Virus record (IMG/VR): IMGVR_UViG_3300021962_000023
Span: 1 to 64,000 of that record
Reading direction: 5' to 3' (one strand)
DNA length: 64,000 nt
Source of the DNA: a virus
The notes beneath the pieces are model-generated. The model did not search any database and was not told the DNA's origin. It saw nothing but the letters and a program-made list of their open reading frames with translations. Of the stretch, positions 5,422 through 13,785 are shown one piece after another (the first letter of the stretch is position 1; the number at the start of each line of letters is the position of its first letter). Both the position numbers and the translations under genes were made by a program.

Positions 5422-5455
5422 ACAAATATACGAAAACTTTTTCAAACTTCCTAAT
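5422..5455 (-). promoter_or_regulatory. Bacteroidota-type promoter upstream of the large ncRNA
   Basis: TTTTCGTATATTTGT -7 element. Confidence 0.75.
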
Positions 5456-5589
5456 ATTTTTAAAACTTTTTTTTTATAAATTTGAATACCGAGTATCTTT
5501 CATCACCTATAAGTTTCTCATTTACTATGTAAAGATAATACTTTTTTTTCAGATTTCCAAATAAACTTTCAAATTTATTTTAATTTTTT

Positions 5590-5652
5590 TTGTTGAACAT
5601 TTTCAGCTATGTTTACTTACACCATATATGCTTCTTACTTCTGAATCAACAA
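5590..5652 (-). ncRNA. Candidate ~65-nt stem-loop sRNA directly after a promoter
   Basis: UUGUUGA/UCAACAA, UUCAG/CUGAA, UAUG/CAUA nested stems; starts next to the TATATTTG element at 5654-5667. Confidence 0.45.
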
Positions 5653-5653
5653 T

Positions 5654-5685
5654 ACAAATATACGAAACTTTTTTCATATATCCAA
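5654..5685 (-). promoter_or_regulatory. Bacteroidota-type promoter
   Basis: TTTCGTATATTTGT with upstream TTTGG. Confidence 0.75.
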
Positions 5686-5712
5686 ATAATTTTTCAATTA
5701 TTTTTTCTTTAG

Positions 5713-5783
5713 TTGCGCAGGAAGGAATCGAACCTCCATCTCTGGGTTATGAGCCCTGTATGCTACCTTTACACCACCGCACG
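5713..5783 (-). tRNA. Initiator tRNA-fMet(CAT)
   Basis: C1:A72 mismatch, three consecutive G:C pairs (GGG/CCC) in the anticodon stem, loop CTCATAA. Confidence 0.92.
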
Positions 5784-5804
5784 ATATAATTTATAAGAAC
5801 TTTT

Positions 5805-5910
5805 ACAAAATGGTAAGTGATATCCGGCTTTATTAACCCCCTACATATAGAGGAAGTAGTCACTCATTCGGTTTTATTAGATGATGGCTTCAACCACTCT
5901 CTCATTTTGT
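5805..5910 (-). ncRNA. Candidate ~105-nt structured RNA between promoter and tRNA-fMet
   Basis: ACAAAAUG/CAUUUUGU closing stem; GAGUGA/UCACUU, CUAC/GUAG, GUGG/CCAU helices; UAAUAAA loop motif twice. Confidence 0.45.
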
Positions 5911-5913
5911 TAT

Positions 5914-5945
5914 ACAAATATACGAAAGTTTTTTTTAACTTCCAA
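5914..5945 (-). promoter_or_regulatory. Bacteroidota-type promoter
   Basis: TTTGG...CTTTCGTATATTTGT. Confidence 0.75.
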
Positions 5946-5951
5946 ATATAT

Positions 5952-7184
5952 TTATATATATTTTTTATTTTTTTTAAAAATATTTTGAAAATCTTTTATA
6001 AAGTATTCTTCAACAATATTTTTTTTATGCTCTATACTTTTAAAAATAGTTTTATTATACTCAATAATTTCCAATACTTCTTTTGTATTGTATTTATTTT
6101 TCAATTCAATTGCTGATGTTATTAATTTATCCAATTTAACATCTATGTCATCTTCAAAATCATAACTTTCATCTATTATAGTATCAAATGTTTTAAATCC
6201 AAACTTATGCAAAGTTTCAATATGTCCATTTGTAGCACTAATAATGAAAGGGACTCCTATATATATTGCTTTCCAAGTTTTTTCGGTAATATGTATAGTA
6301 TCATTAAATCTATCATCTAACCTATAATCCAAAAATGTTTCGGATATAATATTAACTTTTGTTTTAAAAAATACATCCGTATTCAATTTATACAAATATG
6401 CATCATCCTTTATTACATCTTCAACATTAGCAATATCATTATCTAAACTAATTGGTAATCTATTTAATCCTATACGATTACCCACCTCATTTAGTTCCGA
6501 ATATTTAGTTAAATTATAAGTAGTATCCGATAAAACTGATAATATTGTATATAGACATTCACCCAATAATCTTTTATCCGAAATTGCTTTTAATAATTTA
6601 AACTTATTGAATCCTAATCTTCTATTTAATATCAGAAAATCTTTTTCTTTTTCAAATTCAGTTTCAATTGGTTCTGGCAATTCAAATAATGTAGATATAA
6701 AAAAATGTGGAAAATGAAATGTATTTAGATTATAATCTCTAATTTTAACAGATGAGAACCCCATAGTTATACTATTGTTATAAACCATAGCTAACCGATT
6801 GGATTCGATTTTCATTTGTTTAAATTTTTCTAAAAAATAAACCATTTCAGCCGTTATATATACATCAGCTTCCATTACATTATCTATCAAAAAATTAAAT
6901 CCTTTTTCAGATAATATAGCAATTATTTCAAAAAACTTTTTAGTAAATATAAATCCTTGCTTACTATATTCCCCCTTATCAACGGGTTCGTTATAGTAGT
7001 CTGGTAAATATCTACTCCAATTAAAAATTAAGAAATTGGTTTTTTCAATATCGATTGAATCATAGTTAAACGATTCATCTATCAAATATTGCGTAATATT
7101 ATAATCTAATTTTTCTAAATCAGATAATACATTACTTCCTTGAAATGTGTAAAAAACACATTTATCTAAATAACCAATTTTCAC
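5952..7184 (-). CDS. Hypothetical protein, possibly glycosyltransferase-like
   Basis: 410-aa ORF; C-terminal NIISET...ITEKTWKAI..PFII..GFKTF..IIDESYD motif; remote paralog at 55052. Confidence 0.6.
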   Translation of the reverse strand: MKIGYLDKCVFYTFQGSNVLSDLEKLDYNITQYLIDESFNYDSIDIEKTNFLIFNWSRYLPDYYNEPVDKGEYSKQGFIFTKKFFEIIAILSEKGFNFLIDNVMEADVYITAEMVYFLEKFKQMKIESNRLAMVYNNSITMGFSSVKIRDYNLNTFHFPHFFISTLFELPEPIETEFEKEKDFLILNRRLGFNKFKLLKAISDKRLLGECLYTILSVLSDTTYNLTKYSELNEVGNRIGLNRLPISLDNDIANVEDVIKDDAYLYKLNTDVFFKTKVNIISETFLDYRLDDRFNDTIHITEKTWKAIYIGVPFIISATNGHIETLHKFGFKTFDTIIDESYDFEDDIDVKLDKLITSAIELKNKYNTKEVLEIIEYNKTIFKSIEHKKNIVEEYFIKDFQNIFKKNKKYI

Positions 7185-7188
7185 AAAA

Positions 7189-7890
7189 CTATCGTTTCAA
7201 TGCCGTTTTAATCATAGCTTTAGCAGCTTGTTTTGCTTTTGAGGTATCATCATACTTCAATGCAGATTTAACCTTAATCATTTTACCCGTATCTGGATTC
7301 TTAACAGTCTTATCCAATATTCCCTTTGGTATTAAGGATTTCAACTTCATATCATCTTTAGGTTCTTCTTTAGGTTCTTCCTGTGGTTCAAATGTGAATA
7401 CTTTACCACCTTTCATTTTAGAATAACCTTGTGCTATTTTGCCAGGTGCAAACTTACCAATATTAAATGCTTCACCTGATTTTGAATCAATGAATGTTGC
7501 TTCACCTTTAGCTTTAGTTGCTTCATCTGCAAATAGTACACTATCTTGTTGATACTTTTTACCTAATGCCTGAATGTGTTCTTGCGATATATTAGGTACA
7601 AACAATGATTTCTCTTCGGTTGGTACTTTCATATCTTCGGGACAATCTTTATATTCAGTATTTGGTTGTCTACATTCCTGCCACATACCATCTACATGTA
7701 CAAATCCATATCCCAATTTACGCAAATCGTTTTCTAATTCTTTGTTTCTTTGTTTGTTTTCAGCAGGTGTTAATTCACCTCTACTCGCGGTTACAACTCC
7801 CCAATTTTTCATTTTTGGATTTGAAACTACATGTTGATATATTCTACCTAAAGATGCTTCATTTAAATCGTATCTACCTGCCTTTATCAT
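7189..7890 (-). CDS. DUF3293-like domain protein, putative virion-internal protein
   Basis: VTASRGELTPAENKQRNKELENDLRKLGY..VDG.W.E..EKSLFV resembles DUF3293; LNE|A site near the N-terminus; C-terminal KNPDTGKMIK module. Confidence 0.55.
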   Translation of the reverse strand: MIKAGRYDLNEASLGRIYQHVVSNPKMKNWGVVTASRGELTPAENKQRNKELENDLRKLGYGFVHVDGMWQECRQPNTEYKDCPEDMKVPTEEKSLFVPNISQEHIQALGKKYQQDSVLFADEATKAKGEATFIDSKSGEAFNIGKFAPGKIAQGYSKMKGGKVFTFEPQEEPKEEPKDDMKLKSLIPKGILDKTVKNPDTGKMIKVKSALKYDDTSKAKQAAKAMIKTALKR

Positions 7891-8639
7891 TTTTTAATTA
7901 TATTTGCGTTTTTTAAAATTCTTGCATTCGTTATCCACTTTTTACCAACTGCGTTTCTTAATGGTTCTCTTATGAATCCATCAACTGCTTTTTGAATGCT
8001 TGATGTTATATTGTTACCATCTTTTGTGTTATCTATGATACGGAAATTACCACTAAATAGAGTTTGAAATGCTCCTAAATTGTGCTGACATTCTTTCCAT
8101 ATTTCATTAACCAAACTTTCTGGCAAACTTCTACTTCTTTTAGCGTTACGAGCTTGAGCTACTTCCAATGATGTATTCACAAATACCATATATGTATCAT
8201 ATCCCAACTCTTCTGCTCTTGCTTTTTGCTTTCTGATTTTAGCCACATCATCGCCCGTACCATCTATAATCATACCCAATCTACCTTCCTCATAGAATGA
8301 TTTGGTTTTTTGAGTAATCCCTTTACCTGTTTCTCTCGGACCTTCTTTTGATTTAGTAATGTAATCCCATAACGCAGGGTCTTCTTTTTCAATCTTACCT
8401 AAATCTTTTGGGTCAATACCACTCTTTTTTAATTGAGCCTCAAATGCAATATCAGAGTTTACCATTTTCAATCCACTTGCTGAAAATGTTGCTATACCTT
8501 GTACACCAAACAAATCTGCGGCTACTTTGGATTTACCACTACCAGGTCCTCCTGCTAAAAATACACATTTAAGAATACCCGGGTCATCTACACCCTCATT
8601 TAATATGTTTGAATTTAATAAATCTTTTAACTTAATCAT
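7887..8639 (-). CDS. P-loop kinase, zeta-toxin/AAA_33-like
   Basis: VFLAGGPGSGKS Walker A, MIIDGTG, VNTSLEVAQARNAKR lid; N-terminal MIKLKDLL..LNE. Confidence 0.8.
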   Translation of the reverse strand: MIKLKDLLNSNILNEGVDDPGILKCVFLAGGPGSGKSKVAADLFGVQGIATFSASGLKMVNSDIAFEAQLKKSGIDPKDLGKIEKEDPALWDYITKSKEGPRETGKGITQKTKSFYEEGRLGMIIDGTGDDVAKIRKQKARAEELGYDTYMVFVNTSLEVAQARNAKRSRSLPESLVNEIWKECQHNLGAFQTLFSGNFRIIDNTKDGNNITSSIQKAVDGFIREPLRNAVGKKWITNARILKNANIIKK

Positions 8640-8944
8640 TATATTTTTTTTATAAGTTCATCCATATCCACCTCATAACCGTATCCTGCACCTTGATATT
8701 TTGTATCTGGAATAAATTTTACACCTGTTGCTTTTTGTAAACGGATTATCACTAATTGATTAAATATTTTATCCTTATTACCACTACCGATATTTGATTT
8801 AATCTTATCAATAATATCCAATCCTTTACTATCTGGAATTAATATTAAAGTAGAACCTTTCGATGTTATGGTAAAGTTTATACTATCAGTATCGAATTTA
8901 ATAGTAGTTTTATCTTCGTTTAATAATCCCTTTAACTTAATCAT
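8639..8944 (-). CDS. Hypothetical protein with MIKLKGLLNE N-terminus
   Basis: 101-aa ORF, translationally coupled to its neighbours. Confidence 0.75.
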   Translation of the reverse strand: MIKLKGLLNEDKTTIKFDTDSINFTITSKGSTLILIPDSKGLDIIDKIKSNIGSGNKDKIFNQLVIIRLQKATGVKFIPDTKYQGAGYGYEVDMDELIKKI

Positions 8945-9123
8945 CGTACTTCAAATTTTTCTATGATTGCAATAGCTGCTTCACAATGTTTAACTACTTC
9001 CTTACTATAAGGTTTAATATTATGAATTACATCTTTAAGATTATCCAATGCCGTTTCTCTTGTCATATTATGCATTGTTGCTTCTTTGAGAGGTTGCTTC
9101 TTTAGGAGTTCTTTTAATTTCAT
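8941..9123 (-). CDS. Hypothetical protein with MKLKELL..LKE N-terminus
   Basis: Start placed at the second Met, which begins the shared motif. Confidence 0.65.
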   Translation of the reverse strand: MKLKELLKKQPLKEATMHNMTRETALDNLKDVIHNIKPYSKEVVKHCEAAIAIIEKFEVR

Positions 9124-9127
9124 TATA

Positions 9128-9382
9128 TTATCGTTTTTCATTCCAAACTACTTGTCCGCCACCATCTTCGATGTGAATTTTAGCTTTTGGATTTTCTCTT
9201 CTCATTGCTTCAAAGTGAGCAGGTAAAAGATTCTTATCTTTAATGTTATTTTTTTGAGCAACAACTTTATTGTACTCAATAGCAACTAACGACCAAGGGC
9301 CTGAACCACCTGCTCTAACACCTTGCATCATTTTAGACCAAGATGTAGTTGCTTCACTTATTAAATCAGTTAGTTTTATCAT
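9128..9382 (-). CDS. Hypothetical protein with MIKLTDLISE N-terminus
   Basis: 84-aa ORF just after the TATACTTAT motif at 9387-9395. Confidence 0.75.
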   Translation of the reverse strand: MIKLTDLISEATTSWSKMMQGVRAGGSGPWSLVAIEYNKVVAQKNNIKDKNLLPAHFEAMRRENPKAKIHIEDGGGQVVWNEKR

Positions 9383-9386
9383 ACTA

Positions 9387-9395
9387 ATAAGTATA
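9387..9395 (-). promoter_or_regulatory. Second promoter class (TATAYTTAT), putative phage late promoter
   Basis: Same motif close upstream of genes at 12262, 13548, 15999, 22718, 27459 and 36183. Confidence 0.55.
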
Positions 9396-9409
9396 AATTT
9401 TTTTCAAAA

Positions 9410-9780
9410 TGGTGGAGATGGACGGAGTCGAACCGTCGTCCAAAATATGGTTTAATAAACCTCATTCACAAGCTTAGTCAGTTTTTCTTAACTGACAAAA
9501 TAGATAAAGATTTATACATTCGTTATCATTAATGTTTCCAATTCGATTTTGGGTTCAATTGGTATCCACCTGGATTCACATTCTATTTCAAGTCCCATGA
9601 TGTGTACGGGAGTGACTATGCAGCTACTGCTAAATCAGCACCAACGAATGCCATAGCATCTTCGAAGGTCATTGTAGATAATTCTACTGCGTTTATTGTT
9701 CGATAGGTGTTTAAGGATTTCCATCTAATCCTGCTTGCAATTATACTAACACTTCATACCTGTCAAAACCGGGCATCCCC
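9410..9780 (-). ncRNA. ssrA: tmRNA (SsrA)
   Basis: 5' GGGGAUGCCCGGUUUUGACAGG, 3' GUUCGACUCCGUCCAUCUCCACCA; tag ORF 9690-9616 AVELSTMTFEDAMAFVGADLAVAA*. Confidence 0.95.
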
Positions 9781-9807
9781 ATTGTTGTTATATATATTAT
9801 ATTTTAA

Positions 9808-10188
9808 TTATAAACCAACAGATTCAAAATCAATTTGATTAAACCCACCATCTCTAGCAACTGGCACTCCAAATGCTCGATTTCGTTGTGGGTCTTTTGA
9901 AGAGTTGTTATTGATTAAAATTCGTTCCTCTCTACCGATACCCATTACTAACTGATGGTAACGAATCCCTGCTACTGCCATTTGATGGATAGTAACCTCT
10001 CTTAAATGTTCTGGTCTCGCAGTTGTTAGAACGATGTAATGACCGGCATTGTACCATTCATTCATTTTCTCTTTAACACCTGGTAAAACATTTACCACAT
10101 TTGGGTCTAACTCTTCGAAACTAACTTGCTCAATTAGAGTCCCATCGATATCACTAAAAATTGTTTTGTATCCTTGTTCTTTTTTCAT
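9808..10188 (-). CDS. HAD-superfamily phosphatase-like protein
   Basis: TIFSDIDGTL motif I, IVLTTARP motif II. Confidence 0.8.
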   Translation of the reverse strand: MKKEQGYKTIFSDIDGTLIEQVSFEELDPNVVNVLPGVKEKMNEWYNAGHYIVLTTARPEHLREVTIHQMAVAGIRYHQLVMGIGREERILINNNSSKDPQRNRAFGVPVARDGGFNQIDFESVGL

Positions 10189-10259
10189 AATGTTTATCTC
10201 TTATTACTTAGTAAATGTACGAATTTTTGTTGGTATTGCCAAACTTTTTATCAATTATT

Positions 10260-10469
10260 TTAAAAGAAAAATGCGTTCCAAGCCCAACTAATTGGTACTA
10301 AATATCTTTCGCCAATTCTACTTTCATCGCCTGAACGATATGGTGATTTTACTACCTCAAAAGTACAAGTCTTTTTATTTACTTTTAACAACTTACCACA
10401 TAATGTTGGTGATTGATTTTGAGAAATCTCTTTACCAATTACCGATTTTAATTCCTCTATCTTATTCAT
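10260..10469 (-). CDS. Hypothetical small protein
   Basis: 69-aa ORF with A-rich leader CTTTAAAATCTAAAAATATG. Confidence 0.7.
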   Translation of the reverse strand: MNKIEELKSVIGKEISQNQSPTLCGKLLKVNKKTCTFEVVKSPYRSGDESRIGERYLVPISWAWNAFFF

Positions 10470-10480
10470 ATTTTTAGATT

Positions 10481-10696
10481 TTAAAGTTCATTAATCTCAT
10501 CTAACTCACCATTGTAGTAACATATGTTCAAGCCGTACTTTGGTAAATCCACATTGTAGTATTCATCGTTGTAATTGGTTAAGGTTACATCTAACCAAGT
10601 CACATCGATGTTGTTATCTTCACAAAATCTATCAAACCCAACTGCATCTTTAACAGCCGCTATAGCTTTAATCTCTTCTTTAGTGTATTTGTTCAT
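10481..10696 (-). CDS. Hypothetical acidic small protein
   Basis: 71-aa ORF with the same leader motif. Confidence 0.7.
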   Translation of the reverse strand: MNKYTKEEIKAIAAVKDAVGFDRFCEDNNIDVTWLDVTLTNYNDEYYNVDLPKYGLNICYYNGELDEINEL

Positions 10697-10723
10697 ATCT
10701 TTTAGATTTTAAAGTTTAAGGAA

Positions 10724-11302
10724 TTAAATATATTGTAACGCCTTCTGAATATCAGAATCTTTGGCTTTGTAACCCTTAACTTTTTCAATTGCTTTTTCCA
10801 ATGATAACGGGCCCCACACATACTTACCCTCTTGCATATCGATTAACATTCTCTTTACATCAGGCCAAGAAGCGAAAGGAGCTTTAGGTTGGAAATGAAC
10901 ATATTTAGAATTGAACTCTAAAGTAGTTCCGTTATCGGTTTTACCACTATCAGAGTATTCGTAGATATCTTCCATACCATTGTAACGACCTCCTTGCATC
11001 ATACTAGCAAAAGAGTTTAAATCGTTGTACTCTTTAGAACTATAATCAAGTTCATCACCATTGGCTTTACACACATATAAGTCTGAAGAAGAACCATTAG
11101 CGAAAGTGGATGACTTACCCCACACTAAAAAGTCAGGATATTTAGCTTTTACATATTGTTTGAACAACAAAGGAACTTCTTTACGGCCGATACTGATGTA
11201 GGGATTCTCTAACTTCTTACCCCAATAATCGGTAGTTCTCAAACACTCTGATGGTAATTCAAAATTAACACCTAACCAAGTAAATTTCATTTTAGATTTC
11301 AT
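10724..11302 (-). CDS. Hypothetical protein
   Basis: 192-aa ORF downstream of the repeated promoter cassette. Confidence 0.8.
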   Translation of the reverse strand: MKSKMKFTWLGVNFELPSECLRTTDYWGKKLENPYISIGRKEVPLLFKQYVKAKYPDFLVWGKSSTFANGSSSDLYVCKANGDELDYSSKEYNDLNSFASMMQGGRYNGMEDIYEYSDSGKTDNGTTLEFNSKYVHFQPKAPFASWPDVKRMLIDMQEGKYVWGPLSLEKAIEKVKGYKAKDSDIQKALQYI

Positions 11303-11339
11303 ATTTTTAAATTTTAGATTTTAACAATTTTAACTCTCA

Positions 11340-11386
11340 CTCTCAATTACCTTACAATATACAAAAAATATCAATACAAGTCAAGC
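11340..11386 (-). promoter_or_regulatory. Repeated promoter cassette, copy 1 (TTGACT-17-TATATT)
   Basis: 47-nt block 43/47 identical to 11631-11677; canonical sigma70-type spacing. Confidence 0.75.
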
Positions 11387-11389
11387 CTT

Positions 11390-11608
11390 TTACGAAATAA
11401 TTTTTAAACATTTTATCAAATGTTTTTCAGTTCGTTTATAGATTGCTTTGGAAATATAATCGTTATGGTACATCAGGTCATTTTTGATAATCAAATCAAC
11501 AATGTCACTTTTAGATGAAATTGGTTTGAAACCTGAAATCTGACTTACATCACCAAATAGATAATTAAAGTAAAAATCGTAGGAGGTACACATTTTAGAA
11601 AAAGTCAT
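11390..11608 (-). CDS. Hypothetical small protein
   Basis: 72-aa ORF following cassette copy 2. Confidence 0.6.
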   Translation of the reverse strand: MTFSKMCTSYDFYFNYLFGDVSQISGFKPISSKSDIVDLIIKNDLMYHNDYISKAIYKRTEKHLIKCLKIIS

Positions 11609-11630
11609 ATTTTAGGGGTTTAAGGTTTAA

Positions 11631-11677
11631 CTCTCAATTACTTTACAATATACAAAAAAACTGAATACAAGTCAAGC
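11631..11677 (-). promoter_or_regulatory. Repeated promoter cassette, copy 2
   Basis: Near-identical to 11340-11386. Confidence 0.75.
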
Positions 11678-11694
11678 TTTTTCTCAATTATTTT

Positions 11695-11922
11695 TTAATA
11701 TTTTAACCATTCTTCGTAAATGTAATCATAGGTATGACCGGATAATTCTGAAAGTTTCTCAAACACCCTTTCTCTAATTACGGAATCAAACACACCAATG
11801 TATTCGTAAACAATACCACCACGAATTGCGGTCCATAAACCACCAAATGTAGCTTGTGAATTAATCTCAACGCCCAATTCATCAGTTGGGTAACTTTCCA
11901 AATAAAATTGCTTAATATTCAT
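11695..11922 (-). CDS. Hypothetical small protein
   Basis: 75-aa ORF after the TTTTCGTATATTTAC promoter at ~11945. Confidence 0.7.
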   Translation of the reverse strand: MNIKQFYLESYPTDELGVEINSQATFGGLWTAIRGGIVYEYIGVFDSVIRERVFEKLSELSGHTYDYIYEEWLKY

Positions 11923-11976
11923 ATCTTTATCATTTATTACATAGTAAATATACGAAAAAAAATCGATATTGCCAAC

Positions 11977-12010
11977 AAAAAACCCAACTATTTTTTAGAT
12001 AATTGGGTTT
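11977..12010 (-). terminator. Intrinsic terminator
   Basis: AACCCAAUUAU/AUAGUUGGGUU stem plus UUUU. Confidence 0.7.
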
Positions 12011-12042
12011 CAACGAGTTATGTATTATATTTTTTTACTATA

Positions 12043-12237
12043 TTAGTTATGGTTTGCATCCAACACAATATACTTCTTTAAATCACCACATTCAGCCGGT
12101 TCTTCTAAAGTTTCATTGTTTGTTCCTAACCACTCTAATACTTCTTCCATTGTCATAGATTCACATCCTTCAACTGGTGTAGATGTACAAGCCAAACAAA
12201 TTTTAAATGGCCCCTTATCTAATTCTTTTTCTTCCAT
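12043..12237 (-). CDS. Small Cys-containing hypothetical protein
   Basis: 64 aa, CLAC and C..C; TATATTTAT motif upstream. Confidence 0.6.
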   Translation of the reverse strand: MEEKELDKGPFKICLACTSTPVEGCESMTMEEVLEWLGTNNETLEEPAECGDLKKYIVLDANHN

Positions 12238-12279
12238 TGTTTTATTATTTTAGTTTCTATAATAAATATATAATTTTTT

Positions 12280-12792
12280 TCATTTCCAATGATTATTATC
12301 TCTTTCCCACCAAAAAGTTAAATCCTGAACCGAATCATCGTAGTATTGGGCAACAAAATCGGATTTAAATTTACTTCCTACATTTTCAAACATAGATATG
12401 GTGATGATGGGTAGACCCGAACCAAAATGTTTTTTCATCCATGTCGTTAAAAAATCGTAATTTCCACCTCTAATTACCCCAGCTTCCACCAATATAGGAG
12501 TTTTTCTTTGTAAAAGATATCCGTATATTTGGAACACACGGGAAAGTTCATCCACATATCTCTTATTCCACACCTCATCCGGATATGGAACATCGACTCC
12601 AAACCCATCACATATTTCTCCCTCATAAGAAAGATGATGTCGTAGGATTTGACCGGCAATGGATGAATAATCCGTACTAACCGTTATGATAACCGAATTA
12701 GATGAATTATACCCCACCTCCAATAGCTTGTTACCCAATTTATGGATAACCTCTAATTCCTCTATATGTGATACGAATCTTACCTCTCTCAT
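12280..12792 (-). CDS. Phosphoribosyltransferase-fold protein
   Basis: ILVEAGVIRGGNY resembles the PRPP loop; C-terminal SDF.....TFWWE like purine PRTases. Confidence 0.55.
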   Translation of the reverse strand: MREVRFVSHIEELEVIHKLGNKLLEVGYNSSNSVIITVSTDYSSIAGQILRHHLSYEGEICDGFGVDVPYPDEVWNKRYVDELSRVFQIYGYLLQRKTPILVEAGVIRGGNYDFLTTWMKKHFGSGLPIITISMFENVGSKFKSDFVAQYYDDSVQDLTFWWERDNNHWK

Positions 12793-12936
12793 ATTATTGG
12801 TTTCTTTCTATCATACATTTCCAACATACCCCATCCGAACCGATTACCGAAGAGCATTTTGGACAAATATCGTTTTGTTGCATACTATCAAAAATTTTTG
12901 GGTTTACGACTTGGTCTCCCCAGCCCCTCTCCGTTT

Positions 12937-13527
12937 TTAGTGTTTATGTTTAACTTCGTGCTCTTGCCAAGGTTTAGTTGGTTTACTATTAGGAAAACTG
13001 AAACATCTCCATTTATCCGATTTATCAAAATGAATATGTTTTACCATAGTAGTCGGAACAGTAGCCCCCGTTGGTAATTTAATTGAATTTGCTCCGAATA
13101 TCAATTCCACTTTAATTGTAAGTGGTTCATCATCATCCCATTTTCTTTCTTGCTCTTCCAATAATCTCCACTCACCTCTATTCATATACTGGTCTTGCAA
13201 TGCACAATTTAGATATGAGAATGTTTGTTTAAGGTTTTCCATATTATCAGAAAATGTTGCAGCCGGTGCCAAATGTCCTTTATCATATACATTTGTTTTG
13301 TAATCAGCGCCATCCGATGTAATGATTCCTTTTTCAGTATAGAAATCCATTGTACCTCTATTTACATTGGTAGGTCTATTAGTTGATTTGTATACTAATT
13401 CAATTGGTTGTTGTAATTGTTGTGAATAAATTACTTGAAATACTTGATTTGTAATTTGCACATTTTGTTGTGCTTTTAGAGTTGTTGCTATAACCAATAG
13501 CATAACAATAGATAAAATTTTCTTCAT
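12937..13527 (-). CDS. Secreted DNA/RNA non-specific endonuclease (NucA/EndA-like)
   Basis: Signal peptide; YDKGHLAPAA, TFSYLNCALQ, MNRGEW motifs. Confidence 0.9.
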   Translation of the reverse strand: MKKILSIVMLLVIATTLKAQQNVQITNQVFQVIYSQQLQQPIELVYKSTNRPTNVNRGTMDFYTEKGIITSDGADYKTNVYDKGHLAPAATFSDNMENLKQTFSYLNCALQDQYMNRGEWRLLEEQERKWDDDEPLTIKVELIFGANSIKLPTGATVPTTMVKHIHFDKSDKWRCFSFPNSKPTKPWQEHEVKHKH

Positions 13528-13659
13528 TTACTTATGTTTAATTTTCAATAAATATATAATTGTACAATTTAAGGAACTTTCATCAACTTATTAGGAAAAT
13601 CCTATTTTTCTTACTTTTTTACTATTTAGGCCAATATATATATTAAAATAATATAATAT

Positions 13660-13785
13660 ATGATAAACTTACTTATAGCAATTGTACTAATGTGTGGCTC
13701 ATTTGGAGTTACTATTTCAAAAACAACAAAGGATTACGGATTCCGTAAACAAAGAGAACATACTGAACCTTTAAAATTAGATTAA
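13660..13785 (+). CDS. Possible 41-aa single-pass membrane peptide on the plus strand
   Basis: MINLLIAIVLMCGSFGVTISKTTKDYGFRKQREHTEPLKLD*; fills the intergenic gap and overlaps the stop codon of the convergent gene. Confidence 0.4.
   Translation: MINLLIAIVLMCGSFGVTISKTTKDYGFRKQREHTEPLKLD

Noticed and set aside
5478-5525. GGUGAUG-containing segment resembling a fluoride riboswitch
   Set aside because: Lacks the complementary CACC P1 strand and downstream pseudoknot; only a weak hairpin
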